This document shows, piece after piece, positions 51,272 to 61,314 of a stretch of 64,000 nt of DNA. A program made the translations under genes and the position numbers. The notes beneath the pieces were generated by a model. It ran no database searches. It had not been told where the DNA came from and worked only from the letters and a program-made list of their open reading frames with translations. Origin of the DNA: an uncultured Methylomirabilota bacterium (GTDB lineage Bacteria; Methylomirabilota; Methylomirabilia; Methylomirabilales; 2-02-FULL-66-22); NCBI GenBank assembly GCA_963705305.1, contig OY970067.1, positions 4,864,001 through 4,928,000 on the forward strand. Reading direction: 5' to 3'. Numbering within the stretch: the first letter of the stretch is position 1; each line of letters starts with the position of its first letter.

Positions 51272-52033
51272 TTATTTCTCACACACGGGCGGGGCTGTCA
51301 AGCCCGCCCGGGTCTTCCGCAGCGATCCGCCGGTCAGCGTGAGCTGATGGGCGTTGTGCACCAGCCGGTCGCAGATGGCATCGGCGATCGTCGGATCCCC
51401 GATGCACTCGTGCCAGTGGCTCACCGGGAGCTGCCCGGCCAAGAGCGTGGAGCGGGTCCCATGCCGGTCGTCCACCACCTCGAGGAAGTCCCGCCGCTCC
51501 GCATCACTCAGGGGGGCGATGCCCCAATCGTCCACCACGAGCAGCTCGGTCCGGGCGAGCTGGCCGAGCACCACCGGGTAGCTCCCCTCCCCCCGGGCCA
51601 GGGCGAGCTCCTGGAAGAGCCGCGGGGCGCGGAAGTAGCGGACCGTGTGCCCCTGCCGGCAGGCCTGGTGGGCCAAGGCGCAGGCCAGGAACGTCTTCCC
51701 CGTGCCGGTCGGCCCCACGCAGATCAGGTTCTGGTGCTGGGTGAGCCACTGGCCCGTGGCCAGGCTCCGGACGAGGGCCTTGTCGAGCCCGCGCGGGGTC
51801 CGGAAGTCGAGGTCCTCGACACAGGCCTGGGGGAGCTTGAGCTTGGCGGTCTTCAGCCGCTGGAGCTGCCGGCGGTTCTCCCGGGCGGTCCACTCGGCAT
51901 CCACCAGGAGCCCGAGCCGCTCGGCGAAGGTGAGGTCGGCGGCCTCCGGGGATCGCTCCTGCGCCTCCCAGGCGGCGAGGAGGCCGTGCAGGTGCAGGGC
52001 CTGGAGTTTCTCGACGGTCGGGCTACGCAACAT
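51272..52033 (-). CDS. istB: IS21 helper ATPase
   Basis: GPTGTGKT, LLVVDDWG, IADAICDRLVH. Confidence 0.95.
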   Translation of the reverse strand: MLRSPTVEKLQALHLHGLLAAWEAQERSPEAADLTFAERLGLLVDAEWTARENRRQLQRLKTAKLKLPQACVEDLDFRTPRGLDKALVRSLATGQWLTQHQNLICVGPTGTGKTFLACALAHQACRQGHTVRYFRAPRLFQELALARGEGSYPVVLGQLARTELLVVDDWGIAPLSDAERRDFLEVVDDRHGTRSTLLAGQLPVSHWHECIGDPTIADAICDRLVHNAHQLTLTGGSLRKTRAGLTAPPVCEK

Positions 52034-53582
52034 CGGACGTCTCCTTTCGGGTGTAGTAGGCCGACCCCCGCACATGGGCATGCGCGGGGCGCGGCGGGGT
52101 GGACACCGGCACGAGGGGGTGCTGATCCAGGCCGGTGCGCAGGATCGACTGCACGCTCTTGTACGACAGGGCGCGGATCGCCAGCGCCCGCGCGCAGGCG
52201 GCCTCGAGCCGGGCGGCCGGGTACTGCTGGCTCAACCGGAGCAGGCCGAGGCACGACCGGTACCCCTGCTCGGGGTGGGGGCGGCTCGCCAGGATCGCCG
52301 CGATCAGCGCGGCGGTGGCCGGCCCGATCGTCGCCCCCCAGTGCGCCAGGCGGGACGGCGTCCAGGCCAGGTGCCGCTGGTGGGCCTTGGGGCGGTGGGC
52401 CGGCTCGGTGGTGAAGCCGCCCCGCTGCGAGCTCCGGACATGGGAGGCCACGCGCTGCCCTCGGTGGAAGATCTCCACCACGGTGGCCGTATAGCGGAGC
52501 TCGACCTCGTGGTGGACGAGCTGGTAGGGCACGCTGTAGGAGTGCCCCGCCAGCTCCACGTGGTAATCGATGTTCGCCCGGGCGCGCTTCCACTCGGCGA
52601 AGACGTAGGGCGTGGCGGGCAGTGGCCGGAGCGCCGGCTTGTCCACGGTCTCGAAGAGCGTCCGGCGCGAGCCGGGCAGTTTGCGGAAGGGGCGGTTGTT
52701 GAGCTGATCCAGCAACTCCCAGACCGCCGTGTTCAGCGCGGCCAGGTGGAAGAACGTGCGGTGCCGGAGGGCGGCGACGATCCAGCGCTCGACGATGAGC
52801 ACGGCCGTCTCCACTTTGGCTTTATCGCGTGGCCGGCGGACGCGCGTGGGGAGGATGGTCGTGCCGTAGTGGGCCGCGAGGTCGAGGTACGTGGGGTGCA
52901 GATCGGGCTCGTAGCGGTCCGGATGGAGGACGGCGCTCTTGTGGTTATCCGGGATCAGGGCGGCCGGCACGCCCCCCAGGTATTCGAACGCGCGGACGTG
53001 GCTCCCGATCCAGGCCGGGAGATCGGCCGCGCGGGTGGCCTCGGCATAGGTGTAGTTGCTCGCGCCGAGGACGGCGACGAACAGCGCCACCGGGGCGCGG
53101 GCCCCCGTCGTGGGATCCGTCACCCAGAGCGACTGGCCGGCGTAATCGAGGAACAGCTTCTCGCCAGCCCGGTGCTCCTGGCGAAGGCAGAGGTCGAGGG
53201 CCTGGGCCCACTGGCGGTAGTGGACGCAGAACTGGCTGTACTGGAGCCCGGCGGGATCCCCGGCCTTGTACTCCCGCCAGAGGAGCTGGAGGGTGACCCC
53301 GGGGTGCGTGAGCTCCTGGTGGATGGTGGCCCAGTCGGGCAGCGGGTGCTGGCCTGGCGGGCGGCCCGGCCGGCGGTAGAGCCGTGCCTCGAGGGTCCCG
53401 TCATCGAGCTCGGGCGGGAGTGGCCACGTCAGGCCGGCGGCCGCGGCGCGGACGAGGCACTCGGCCACCGAGCTACGGGCGATCTTGCAACTCTGGGCGA
53501 TCTCGCGATTACTGCGCTGGCAGGTCCACTTCAGGCGGAGGATCTCTCGAATCGTGCGCATGGATAGTCGCTCAGCGGCCAC
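52023..53582 (-). CDS. istA: IS21 transposase
   Basis: HTH, FLDYAG, PDNHKSAV, PRDKAKVE, YSVPY. Confidence 0.95.
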   Translation of the reverse strand: MAAERLSMRTIREILRLKWTCQRSNREIAQSCKIARSSVAECLVRAAAAGLTWPLPPELDDGTLEARLYRRPGRPPGQHPLPDWATIHQELTHPGVTLQLLWREYKAGDPAGLQYSQFCVHYRQWAQALDLCLRQEHRAGEKLFLDYAGQSLWVTDPTTGARAPVALFVAVLGASNYTYAEATRAADLPAWIGSHVRAFEYLGGVPAALIPDNHKSAVLHPDRYEPDLHPTYLDLAAHYGTTILPTRVRRPRDKAKVETAVLIVERWIVAALRHRTFFHLAALNTAVWELLDQLNNRPFRKLPGSRRTLFETVDKPALRPLPATPYVFAEWKRARANIDYHVELAGHSYSVPYQLVHHEVELRYTATVVEIFHRGQRVASHVRSSQRGGFTTEPAHRPKAHQRHLAWTPSRLAHWGATIGPATAALIAAILASRPHPEQGYRSCLGLLRLSQQYPAARLEAACARALAIRALSYKSVQSILRTGLDQHPLVPVSTPPRPAHAHVRGSAYYTRKETSDVA

Positions 53583-53733
53583 CGGGTCCCTCCTGGTTTC
53601 GGGTTTCCAGGAGGATACCCTAGGCCCGCGCTATCCAGCGTCGCTTCTACGTGCTCCCGAGGTGGCCGGCATGCGCCGGAATGGGTGGCCGGCATCGACC
53701 GGAATCGGCGGCCGGCATGCGCCGGAATACGCA

Positions 53734-53854
53734 GTTGACCGGGCCCGGGCGCCTGCTGGGCCAGGGCGGCGCCCGCGCCGCCCATCGTCAAGCCGACCAG
53801 GAGCGCTCCTCCCAGCACCCAACCCCGATGCCTGAATCCCTTGCCTGTTGTCAT
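53734..53854 (-). pseudogene. Signal-peptide 5' remnant interrupted by IS21
   Basis: SD AAGGAG, MTTGKGFRHRGWVLGGALLVGLTMGGAGAALAQQAPGPGQ ends at the IS21 boundary. Confidence 0.5.
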
Positions 53855-54177
53855 ACCGTGCTCCTTTTGTGAGAGAACACACTCGCCTTTCGAGGTAGCA
53901 CTGCCCTTTGGGTGAGGAGGGTCACCTAGACAGTACAGGCGCCGTCGCCCCGTTGTTTCACAGGGCGAGCCTCGTCCGTCCAGGTCCCCCACGAGGCCCC
54001 TGGGACCCTACCGGGGCCCGCAGTGCAGTCATGGCTTGACAGGAGGAAGGGGGATAACTGCTTGACAAAAGAGGGATCTTTGCTTCGGCAGGCTCCTTGC
54101 CGTTTCCCCGCGGCTACGCCTAATGGGAACCAGGGAGGACGAAACGGACGGCGGCCGGCCTCCTGGGGGGATTCTCC

Positions 54178-54972
54178 TCACGGAGTACGTCTGTCCGGTG
54201 CCGGATGTTCGGCCGTCTCCACCGGATGACGCCGCTGCCAGGCCGGCAGCGTGCGCACGATGCCGGACAGCGCATACAGCGTGAAGAAGAGGAGCAGGAA
54301 CAGGCTGGGCTGCGAGGCCATGACCAGGAACACCAGGAGCAGCGTCGTCAGGAGGGTGAAGGGCTGCCGTCTCCGCAGCTCCAGTCCCTTCAAGCTGCGG
54401 TAGCGGAGCTTGCTCACCATGAGGAACCCCAATCCGAACATCCCCAGCAAGAGACCGACGGCCGTCCACTGGGCCGGGACCACCCTGCGGCCGAGGACGA
54501 CCGCCGCCGGGGATCCCTGCATGAACAGCACGAACGCAGCCACCAGCGCGCTCGCGGCCGCAATGGGCAGCCCCACGAAGAAGCGCCTGTCCACGCTGCG
54601 CGGCTGGACGTTGAAGCGGGCCAAGCGGATTGCGCCGCAAGCGGTGAAGGCGAAGGCCGCCAAGCCGCCGACCCAGCCGAAGCGCTGCAGCGCATAGACA
54701 TAGGCCAAGAGGCCGGGGGCGACCCCAAAAGACACCAGATCGGCCAGCGAATCCAGCTCGATGCCGACTTCGCTGGTCGCGCCGGTCATCCGGGCCACGC
54801 CCCCGTCCAGATAGTCGAAGACCAGCGCCAGGAGGATGGCCACTGCGGCTGCCATGTACTCGTCGTCGTACACCGCCACCAGCGCATAGAAGCCGCAGGA
54901 CAGGTTCCCCAGCGTGAGGATGCTGGGGAGCAGATACACCCCCCGCCGCATGGTCACCCGCCCTGCCCGCAT
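54178..54972 (-). CDS. pssA: CDP-diacylglycerol--serine O-phosphatidyltransferase
   Basis: LPSILTLGN, DYLDGGVAR..G.ELDSLAD.VSFG, RLARFN. Confidence 0.93.
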   Translation of the reverse strand: MRAGRVTMRRGVYLLPSILTLGNLSCGFYALVAVYDDEYMAAAVAILLALVFDYLDGGVARMTGATSEVGIELDSLADLVSFGVAPGLLAYVYALQRFGWVGGLAAFAFTACGAIRLARFNVQPRSVDRRFFVGLPIAAASALVAAFVLFMQGSPAAVVLGRRVVPAQWTAVGLLLGMFGLGFLMVSKLRYRSLKGLELRRRQPFTLLTTLLLVFLVMASQPSLFLLLFFTLYALSGIVRTLPAWQRRHPVETAEHPAPDRRTP

Positions 54973-55448
54973 GAAATCACCCCCCTCGCCGTCGGCGCTC
55001 GGACCCTTGAGAATACCAGGCCACGGAATGTGTCAGAGAACGCCGACGCCCACGGGGCCTCCTGATGTGATGCTTCTGCGGATCGAGTGGCCCTCGGCGC
55101 TGCTGGTTTCCCCAATATCCGGCCCTTCCTTCCGCCAGCAGGACAGGAGGCTGCTGCAGGGGGCTCCATGCAGCTACCCACGGCGCACCGGGGGAGAGCG
55201 CCAGGACGACGGGGGTTCTCAGGGAACCCCAAGTCACCGGAGCATGTCTCCCGTCCTCAGCGCACCCGGTGCATCGTCCCTGCGCAGGCATCCCGGACAG
55301 CCGGGACATATCGGCAGGCCGCCCCCGCGATTCCACTGCTCAGCAGGGCTCCCGCCAAGATGTCAGAGGGAAAATGCGCCCCCTGGACCCCGTGCGGGTG
55401 GTGTCCTATTTTGGATTTTGAGCCTATTATTATCAATCTGCATCGTCA

Positions 55449-55685
55449 TTAAAGGGGACGTTGCATTATCTGTCATATCTTGCCTTCCCCGGACCACTTC
55501 TCCCGAGGAGGGGAGGGACTCGGATGGCGCGCACGGCCGGGTCTAGCCCATCATGCCTGCATCCTGCGGATTTCCCACCCCCCTCCCTTGCCCTAACCCG
55601 CGGGCTTCCCCTATTGCTCCCGCTGGCCAGAAACGCAGGAGATTATACAAATAATGCTACGTCCCGTATTTCCGTCCCGTATTTC
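55449..55685. mobile_element. 225-bp non-autonomous element, copy 2 (13-bp end duplication)
   Basis: Direct repeat of 47103-47327; CGTCCCGTATTTC duplicated in tandem. Confidence 0.75.
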
Positions 55686-55845
55686 AGCCGCCCATGACGA
55701 CGTAGTCCCCCCCTTCCGGGAGGGACCGCGACCACCGGGCCTCCGTCGGGTGGCAACTTCGCGTGGAAGTGTCGGCCAAATCATAGCCCGTCAATCGTAT
55801 GGGCCGAGCCGTGCAAGGCACTCGGTGGCTGCAAGAGAAAGTGGC

Positions 55846-56065
55846 TCAGGAACTCGCAACAGTTCTGGACGGGTCTCCGAGACTTCCGGGGCGCTGGAGG
55901 GGCCAGCTCGCACCAGTGCTGCGATCCTGTTGCGGGGTCTGGAAGGCCTTCGCCAGCGCATTGGCGGCCTGCAGCTTGTCCTCCTTGGTGACCCTGGCGT
56001 AGATCGTGGTCGTCTTGATGCTCGCGTGCACCACTTACTCCTGGACGACCGCCAGGTCGTTTTCA
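55846..56065 (-). pseudogene. Tyrosine recombinase C-terminal remnant
   Basis: DLAVVQE*VVHASIKTTTIYARV (H..I.TT..Y motif with an internal stop). Confidence 0.7.
55852..55937 (+). repeat. 86-bp three-box module, copy D
   Basis: ACTCGCAACA (0), GCTCGCACCA (+54), TGTTGCGGGG (+76); overlaps the recombinase 3' end. Confidence 0.75.
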
Positions 56066-56176
56066 CATCGCCCCGCCCTCGCCCAGGGCTTTCGCGCCCC
56101 TCGGCCGCTCGCAGGTGACCCTTGGGTGGCCATCAGCGTATGCTTTCTTGACCTCCACCGAAGATCTGGTCGCCGC

Positions 56177-56545
56177 GCTGAAACGGGAGTCAGGCCGGTC
56201 GCGTATTGTGAGGCAGGAGTGGGGGCTGCGGCTGCCCACGGCTGCGGGGTCGTGCGCGGGGCCAGGAGAGTCGCCCAGGGACCCGCCGGGTGAGGGTGCC
56301 GGCGGGGAACGGCTGGGCTCCTTCCCCGCCAGAGCACCCTCGGTGCGGCTCGCAGCCGCCGCCCCGCTCCTCCTGGCCGAGGTAGTGCAGCCGCTCATGG
56401 TGCGGGATGTGGGCGCTGAGCGCCTGCACCGGGCGCAGTGACGACGGCCCGTGCCCGCCGGCACCCCGCCTGCCGTAGACCGGAGCGAGCCAGAAGAACA
56501 GATGAGATCCGGGAGGACGTAGCCTTCCGGTGCGCGAGGCCCTGG
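56177..56545 (+). pseudogene. Internally deleted paralog of the 59712-60290 locus
   Basis: 56177-56260 matches 59534-59620; 56341-56545 matches 60190-60402. Confidence 0.7.
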
Positions 56546-56938
56546 ATGTGGCGACCTCCTCCCTGTGCCCAGGGCCTCGTGGTTTTTTGGGGATCGGGCC
56601 GGGGCAGGAGAGCCGCGGCGCCTCGGGGCTGGACGGGAGCGGGGGGCGGCGGCCCGATGAACGGACGGGGCGGGCGGCATCGCCCGCACGACCTGGGCAA
56701 GGGGCGCGCGAGCGGGAGCACACGCGGAAGAAGTGGAGGAAGGAGGGCTGACCCGGGAAGCGCACCGGCATCGAGAAGGGCCGAGCGGTGCAGGGCGCCC
56801 TAAACTTCCCCCTCGAGCAGGCCAGTGCGAGCTGCCCGCCATCGACGCCAAGGTGCCTGCGCTCGCCCCCCCCCTGCAGGCGGACCAGCAGTTCGCGACG
56901 ATCAAGGCGGTTGCAACGGGGGAGGCGCTCCTCCGCGC

Positions 56939-57418
56939 TTACCTCTTCTTCGCGCTCAAGGGACCGACGGCAATCTCCACCTTGGTCATCCCCGTCCAGG
57001 TTTCCGTAATTCGGATGAGGCACGTTTTCTCCGGCTTGGAGAAGCTGAGGAGGGTCTCCTTGCCCTTGAAGGCGTTCACAAACGTCCACTGATCCTTTTC
57101 CATGTTAACCATAAAGAACTCGATCAGCCACGGCACATCGAGCCGCCATTTGGAAAACCGGAGAGTGCCCGCTTTAAAGGTGGGGGTTTCATAGACGATG
57201 GATTCATCCGCGTCATAGGCCAAGTCACTCGGGACCTGGACATCATCGAGGTAATACCGCCCCACCTCCTGCCCTGCTGCCGTCCCTTGTGGCGGTGGTC
57301 CCGTGACCGGTTGCCCCGATCGCTGTTCGGGGGCAGAGGTCGCACATCCCCCCCCTGCCAACAGGGCCACCAAGGCCAGCGCCATCACCACCTTCTTCTG
57401 CACGATCTCGGCCATCAT
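56939..57418 (-). CDS. Hypothetical lipoprotein
   Basis: Lipobox GGGC, SD GGAGG. Confidence 0.72.
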   Translation of the reverse strand: MMAEIVQKKVVMALALVALLAGGGCATSAPEQRSGQPVTGPPPQGTAAGQEVGRYYLDDVQVPSDLAYDADESIVYETPTFKAGTLRFSKWRLDVPWLIEFFMVNMEKDQWTFVNAFKGKETLLSFSKPEKTCLIRITETWTGMTKVEIAVGPLSAKKR

Positions 57419-57487
57419 CGTTGCCTCCCGTTGTGTGAGAGATGCTGCCGTCGTGTACCAGTGACGAGGGAAAAAGGGCATGCGGAA

Positions 57488-57688
57488 TCACAGGGGACCC
57501 GGATGAACGGGCCACCGCCCGCCGGGGGTGGAGAGCGTGACATTGGAGTTCAGCGGGAAGGCGCCTCCCCCGAAGCCCGACACGGAGAAATCCCACCCGG
57601 GGAGCACTTGGGCCAGCGCCAAGGGTGGGATGGCCAGGAGAACCCCGACCGCCACCAGGGAAGCAGGGAACCACCGGAGCCTACGCAT
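57488..57688 (-). pseudogene. Truncated paralog of the beta-barrel at 60461
   Basis: Signal peptide plus QVLPGWDFSVSGFGGGAFP, then early stop. Confidence 0.7.
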
Positions 57689-57892
57689 GATTGCCTCCCT
57701 TTAATAGGGTAGGAGATGATCACGACCCCCTGCGAGGCATCGCGCTCAAGAGAGCGCACATCATGCAGGATGGTGGTCAACGCAGGATGGCTTTTCGGTG
57801 ATCATCCCACTTCCCTCTGCCTCACGCAAGCGCGCACTGGGGATGCCCTCACGCTCTCCTAGCCCTCCCGCTGCCGGTAGCTAATCCCCCGG

Positions 57893-59041
57893 CTAGTACC
57901 CCCGCTCCGGGTCCACCACCGACAGCATCTTGTCGCCCGCCACGTACCGGCGGACGTTCTCCTTCACCACCGCGTCCAGGCGCTCCCGCGGGACGTCGGC
58001 GCGGCCCGCGACGTGGGGGGTGATGAGGACGTGGGGGGCGCGGAAGAGCGGATGGCCGTCCGGGAGCGGCTCCGGGTCGGTGACGTCGAGGCCGGCGCCC
58101 GCCAGTTTCCTGCTCGTGAGCGCCTCGATCAGGTCGGCCGTGACGACGCTCTTGCCCCGGGCGACATTGATGAAGAGCGCGGTCGGCTTCAGGACGGCGA
58201 AGAACGTCGCGTTGAACAGCCCGGTGGTTTCGGCGGTCAACGGCGTCGCATTCACGATGACGTCCGCGGCCCGCGCGAGCGGCAGCAGCTCGCCGGGCAG
58301 CCCGACGTAGCTCACGAACTCGGGCCCCTCGTGCCCGCTGTGCCGCGTCGCGAGCACCCGCATCCCCAGCGCGTGCGCCCGTTGCGCCACCTCGGTGCCG
58401 ATCCCGCCCAACCCGACCACGAGCAGCGTCTTGCCGGCGAGCACTTCCAGGCCGGCGGCCGGCGCGGCGGCCCGCGCCCAGTGCCCCGCCGCCTGCGCGG
58501 GCAGCCACACGGGGAGGCCCCGGCTGAGCCCGAACATCAGGGCCAGCACGTGCTCGGCGATGATCGGGGCCTGGACATGCTGCGCGTTGGTCAGGAGGAT
58601 CTTCCGCTGGCGCAGCTCCGGGCGCGCGACGCACCCCTCGACGCCGGCGCCGCCGGTCTGGAGCCAGAACAGGTGCGGCGCGGCGGCCAGGACGGCCGGA
58701 TCGCACGCGCCGATGTAGGCGTCGGCGTCCGCCACCGCGGCGAGCGTCTCCGCGCGATCCTCCGCCAGCACGATCTGGACGCCCGGCGCAGCGGCCCGCA
58801 GCTCCGCGATGCTGGCCCCGAGCCCCAGGGCGGCGCTGACGACGATCTTTCTCGGCGGCTTCCAGCCCGGCACCTGGCGGACCGGCGTGCTCGCCTCAAT
58901 GAGCCGCAGGTCCGACAGCACCGCGTGTTCCGAGGGCGCCGCCGGCTCCGCCGCCTGCGCCACCCCCATCGCGCCCGACACGACAACTATGATCGCAGCC
59001 GCGAGCGCCCACCCTCCAGCCGCCACACGTGATCGATCCAT
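57893..59041 (-). CDS. D-2-hydroxyacid dehydrogenase family protein with signal peptide
   Basis: GLGGIG, INVARG, LDVTDPEPL, ITPHVA; N-terminus ends in AQA-AE. Confidence 0.9.
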   Translation of the reverse strand: MDRSRVAAGGWALAAAIIVVVSGAMGVAQAAEPAAPSEHAVLSDLRLIEASTPVRQVPGWKPPRKIVVSAALGLGASIAELRAAAPGVQIVLAEDRAETLAAVADADAYIGACDPAVLAAAPHLFWLQTGGAGVEGCVARPELRQRKILLTNAQHVQAPIIAEHVLALMFGLSRGLPVWLPAQAAGHWARAAAPAAGLEVLAGKTLLVVGLGGIGTEVAQRAHALGMRVLATRHSGHEGPEFVSYVGLPGELLPLARAADVIVNATPLTAETTGLFNATFFAVLKPTALFINVARGKSVVTADLIEALTSRKLAGAGLDVTDPEPLPDGHPLFRAPHVLITPHVAGRADVPRERLDAVVKENVRRYVAGDKMLSVVDPERGY

Positions 59042-59711
59042 CGATGTCCTCCAGGCCTTCGGAGACCCTGGCCTGCCCGCACCGATCGGGCCACCCGCAT
59101 GGTAGTTCAAGTAGGGTTCTACCGCCAGCGCAGGGGGGCTCCCGGGCTGAGCAGGGACATGGGGGTTGAATTCGCGATGGGGCGCAGACGCACCGGGCAC
59201 CCCTTTCAGACCGATCGGGCACGGAGCGTGAGCCGATCCCCGGCGGAAATCGCCGAGGCTCATCCGCCGGTTAGAGAGGGGGTGTCCACGCGAAACATCC
59301 AAGGGCCCTCCGGGTGATCGGCGGGGAGGGAACAGAGGATATCCGCCACCTGCCACAGGGACTGGGCCGCGCTCCTGCCTTGCCGCCATTGCCCCGTGGT
59401 CGTCGAGGCGCCCCGCGTATACGGCGCCCGTGCACCTTCACGTACGCCCGCCTTCCCCGGCTTGTTTCGGGTGACTTCTTTGGGGGCTACGATTTTATGC
59501 TCCCTTGATCTCTGGCGGAGTTCCTGCCGTCACGCTGAAACGGGGATCAGGCCGTTCGCGTATTGTAATGCAGGAGTGCGGGCCGCGGCTGCCCTGGGCA
59601 GCGGGATCGTTCGGGGGGCGTGCTGCTATGTCCCGGCCGCCTGGGGAAGCGAGACACCCGCAGGGAGAGCGGCCGGCTGAGGGCGCGGTCGCCCCCGAGG
59701 AGGTGCGGAAG

Positions 59712-60290
59712 ATGAAGCGCATGGGCACGATTCGCCTGGGATTGCTGCTCTTCCTGGTGGGCGGCCTGGCGGCCTGCGCCGGAGCCGTCGGACCCCTGCC
59801 GCCGAACGCGGAGCAGTTCCCGTACCCGCCGCCGGGGTTCGCCCATCGGGTGGCCTCCCCCGCGGTGGAGCTGTTCTGGAACTGCGCCCGGCCGGCCCCG
59901 GACACCCTGGAGGTGGCGGGGCTCGCGTTCAACCCGTGGTCGGGAGAGGACATTCAATTCCTGAAGTTCGACCTGGTGGGAGTGGATGCGAGCGGGCGCA
60001 CCGTCTCCGAGGCCACGGGGATGGCGCGGGACCTCAGTGTTGGCACCATGGACGCCACGCCCTTCCAGCTGACGCTGCAGACCGCGGGGACCGAGACCCG
60101 CTTCGACCTGTTCTACCAGTACCGCTACCAGGAGCCCGGGGATACCGGGGGCGGCGGCGAGCGCAGCTCCCTGCCGGCCGGGGCGCTCCCGGTGCGGCTC
60201 GCGGCCGCCGGGCCGCTCCTCCTGGCCCAGGTGGTGCAGCCGCTCGTGGTGCGGGATGTGTGCGCTGAGACGATGCATCGGGCGCGGTGA
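59712..60290 (+). CDS. Hypothetical lipoprotein
   Basis: Lipobox LAAC, SD GAGGAGG. Confidence 0.75.
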   Translation: MKRMGTIRLGLLLFLVGGLAACAGAVGPLPPNAEQFPYPPPGFAHRVASPAVELFWNCARPAPDTLEVAGLAFNPWSGEDIQFLKFDLVGVDASGRTVSEATGMARDLSVGTMDATPFQLTLQTAGTETRFDLFYQYRYQEPGDTGGGGERSSLPAGALPVRLAAAGPLLLAQVVQPLVVRDVCAETMHRAR

Positions 60291-60460
60291 CGACGGCCCG
60301 TGAGCTTGCCTGCCGGCAGTCCGCCTGCCGCAGATCCGAGCGAGCGGGAGCAACGGAAATGAGATCCGGGAGGCGGGAGCTTGCCAGTGCGCGAGGTCCT
60401 GGGTTTGTCTGCCCGCCGTGCGCCCGGAGTCTTGCTGTTTCTGACGAAGGAGGATGGGAC

Positions 60461-61183
60461 ATGCGAAGTCTGCGGATCTTTCTCGTTCCCCTGGTAGTCC
60501 TGGGCGTTCTCACTGTCCTCCCTCCGCATGCGTCCGCGCAGGTAGTTCCCGGCTGGGATTTCTCCGTGTCGGGCTTCGGGGGGGGCGCCTTCCCGATCCA
60601 CAACGATGTCACCCTCTCGGCCCCCGGGGTGAGGGCGACCATGCAGGACATGAAATTCGATACCTCGGCTTCATACGGGGGAAAGGTAACGGCCTGGACG
60701 ACGCTCTTCCGCCAAGCGACCGGCTTCGATTTGGGGGCGGAGGTGGACGTGACGCACTATGACCCCAACCTGAGCCCCCAGGCTTTCGGGATGACCGGCA
60801 CGATCAGTGGGGTTCCCTTTGCCACTGCAGCGCGCTTAACCCAGAAGGTGGATATCGATTCCACCATCGTGGCCGGGAATATCCTCGCCCGCTACCCCCT
60901 GTTCGTAAGCGGGTTGTTCCCGAATGGCCGCTGGCAACCCTACTTCGGCGTGGGCGGCGGCGCCGATGTCGCGACGGCATCGGTATTGGGGTACAAGGAC
61001 ACCGACACGGCCGGCGTGGTCCAAGTGCTCGGGGGAGTGAAGTTCCTCCTCACGAAGAACATCGGGCTCTTTGTGGAGTACAAGTTCACCGACGTTGAGC
61101 ACACCTTCACCCTCGCCGGGGTGAACACCAAGACCACGCTGGATATCAACCATGTAGTGAGCGGCCTTGCGTTCCACTTCTAG
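60461..61183 (+). CDS. Outer-membrane beta-barrel protein (OmpA/OmpW-like)
   Basis: Signal peptide, QPYFGVGGG, C-terminal LAFHF. Confidence 0.85.
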   Translation: MRSLRIFLVPLVVLGVLTVLPPHASAQVVPGWDFSVSGFGGGAFPIHNDVTLSAPGVRATMQDMKFDTSASYGGKVTAWTTLFRQATGFDLGAEVDVTHYDPNLSPQAFGMTGTISGVPFATAARLTQKVDIDSTIVAGNILARYPLFVSGLFPNGRWQPYFGVGGGADVATASVLGYKDTDTAGVVQVLGGVKFLLTKNIGLFVEYKFTDVEHTFTLAGVNTKTTLDINHVVSGLAFHF

Positions 61184-61314
61184 CTCATGGCCGCGGTCCG
61201 ATGTGCTCCCTTGCGAAGAAGCATTTGCTGATCGAGGCTGAGACGGCGGGAGGTTAGAGGACCACTTGGGGGGTTCCACCCCTCCCGGCCGGTCCGCGGC
61301 TGAGGGCCGGGTTG

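Larger units (their letters stand above)
51176..53733 (-). mobile_element. IS21-family insertion sequence
   Basis: TGCGTATTCCGGCG ... CGCCGGAATACGCA with internal terminal repeats; flanks GCTGAC/GTTGAC. Confidence 0.92.

Noticed and set aside
53660..53733. Three spaced GGCCGGCAT..CCGGAAT repeats (also 51176-51245)
   Set aside because: These are the normal multiple terminal repeats of IS21
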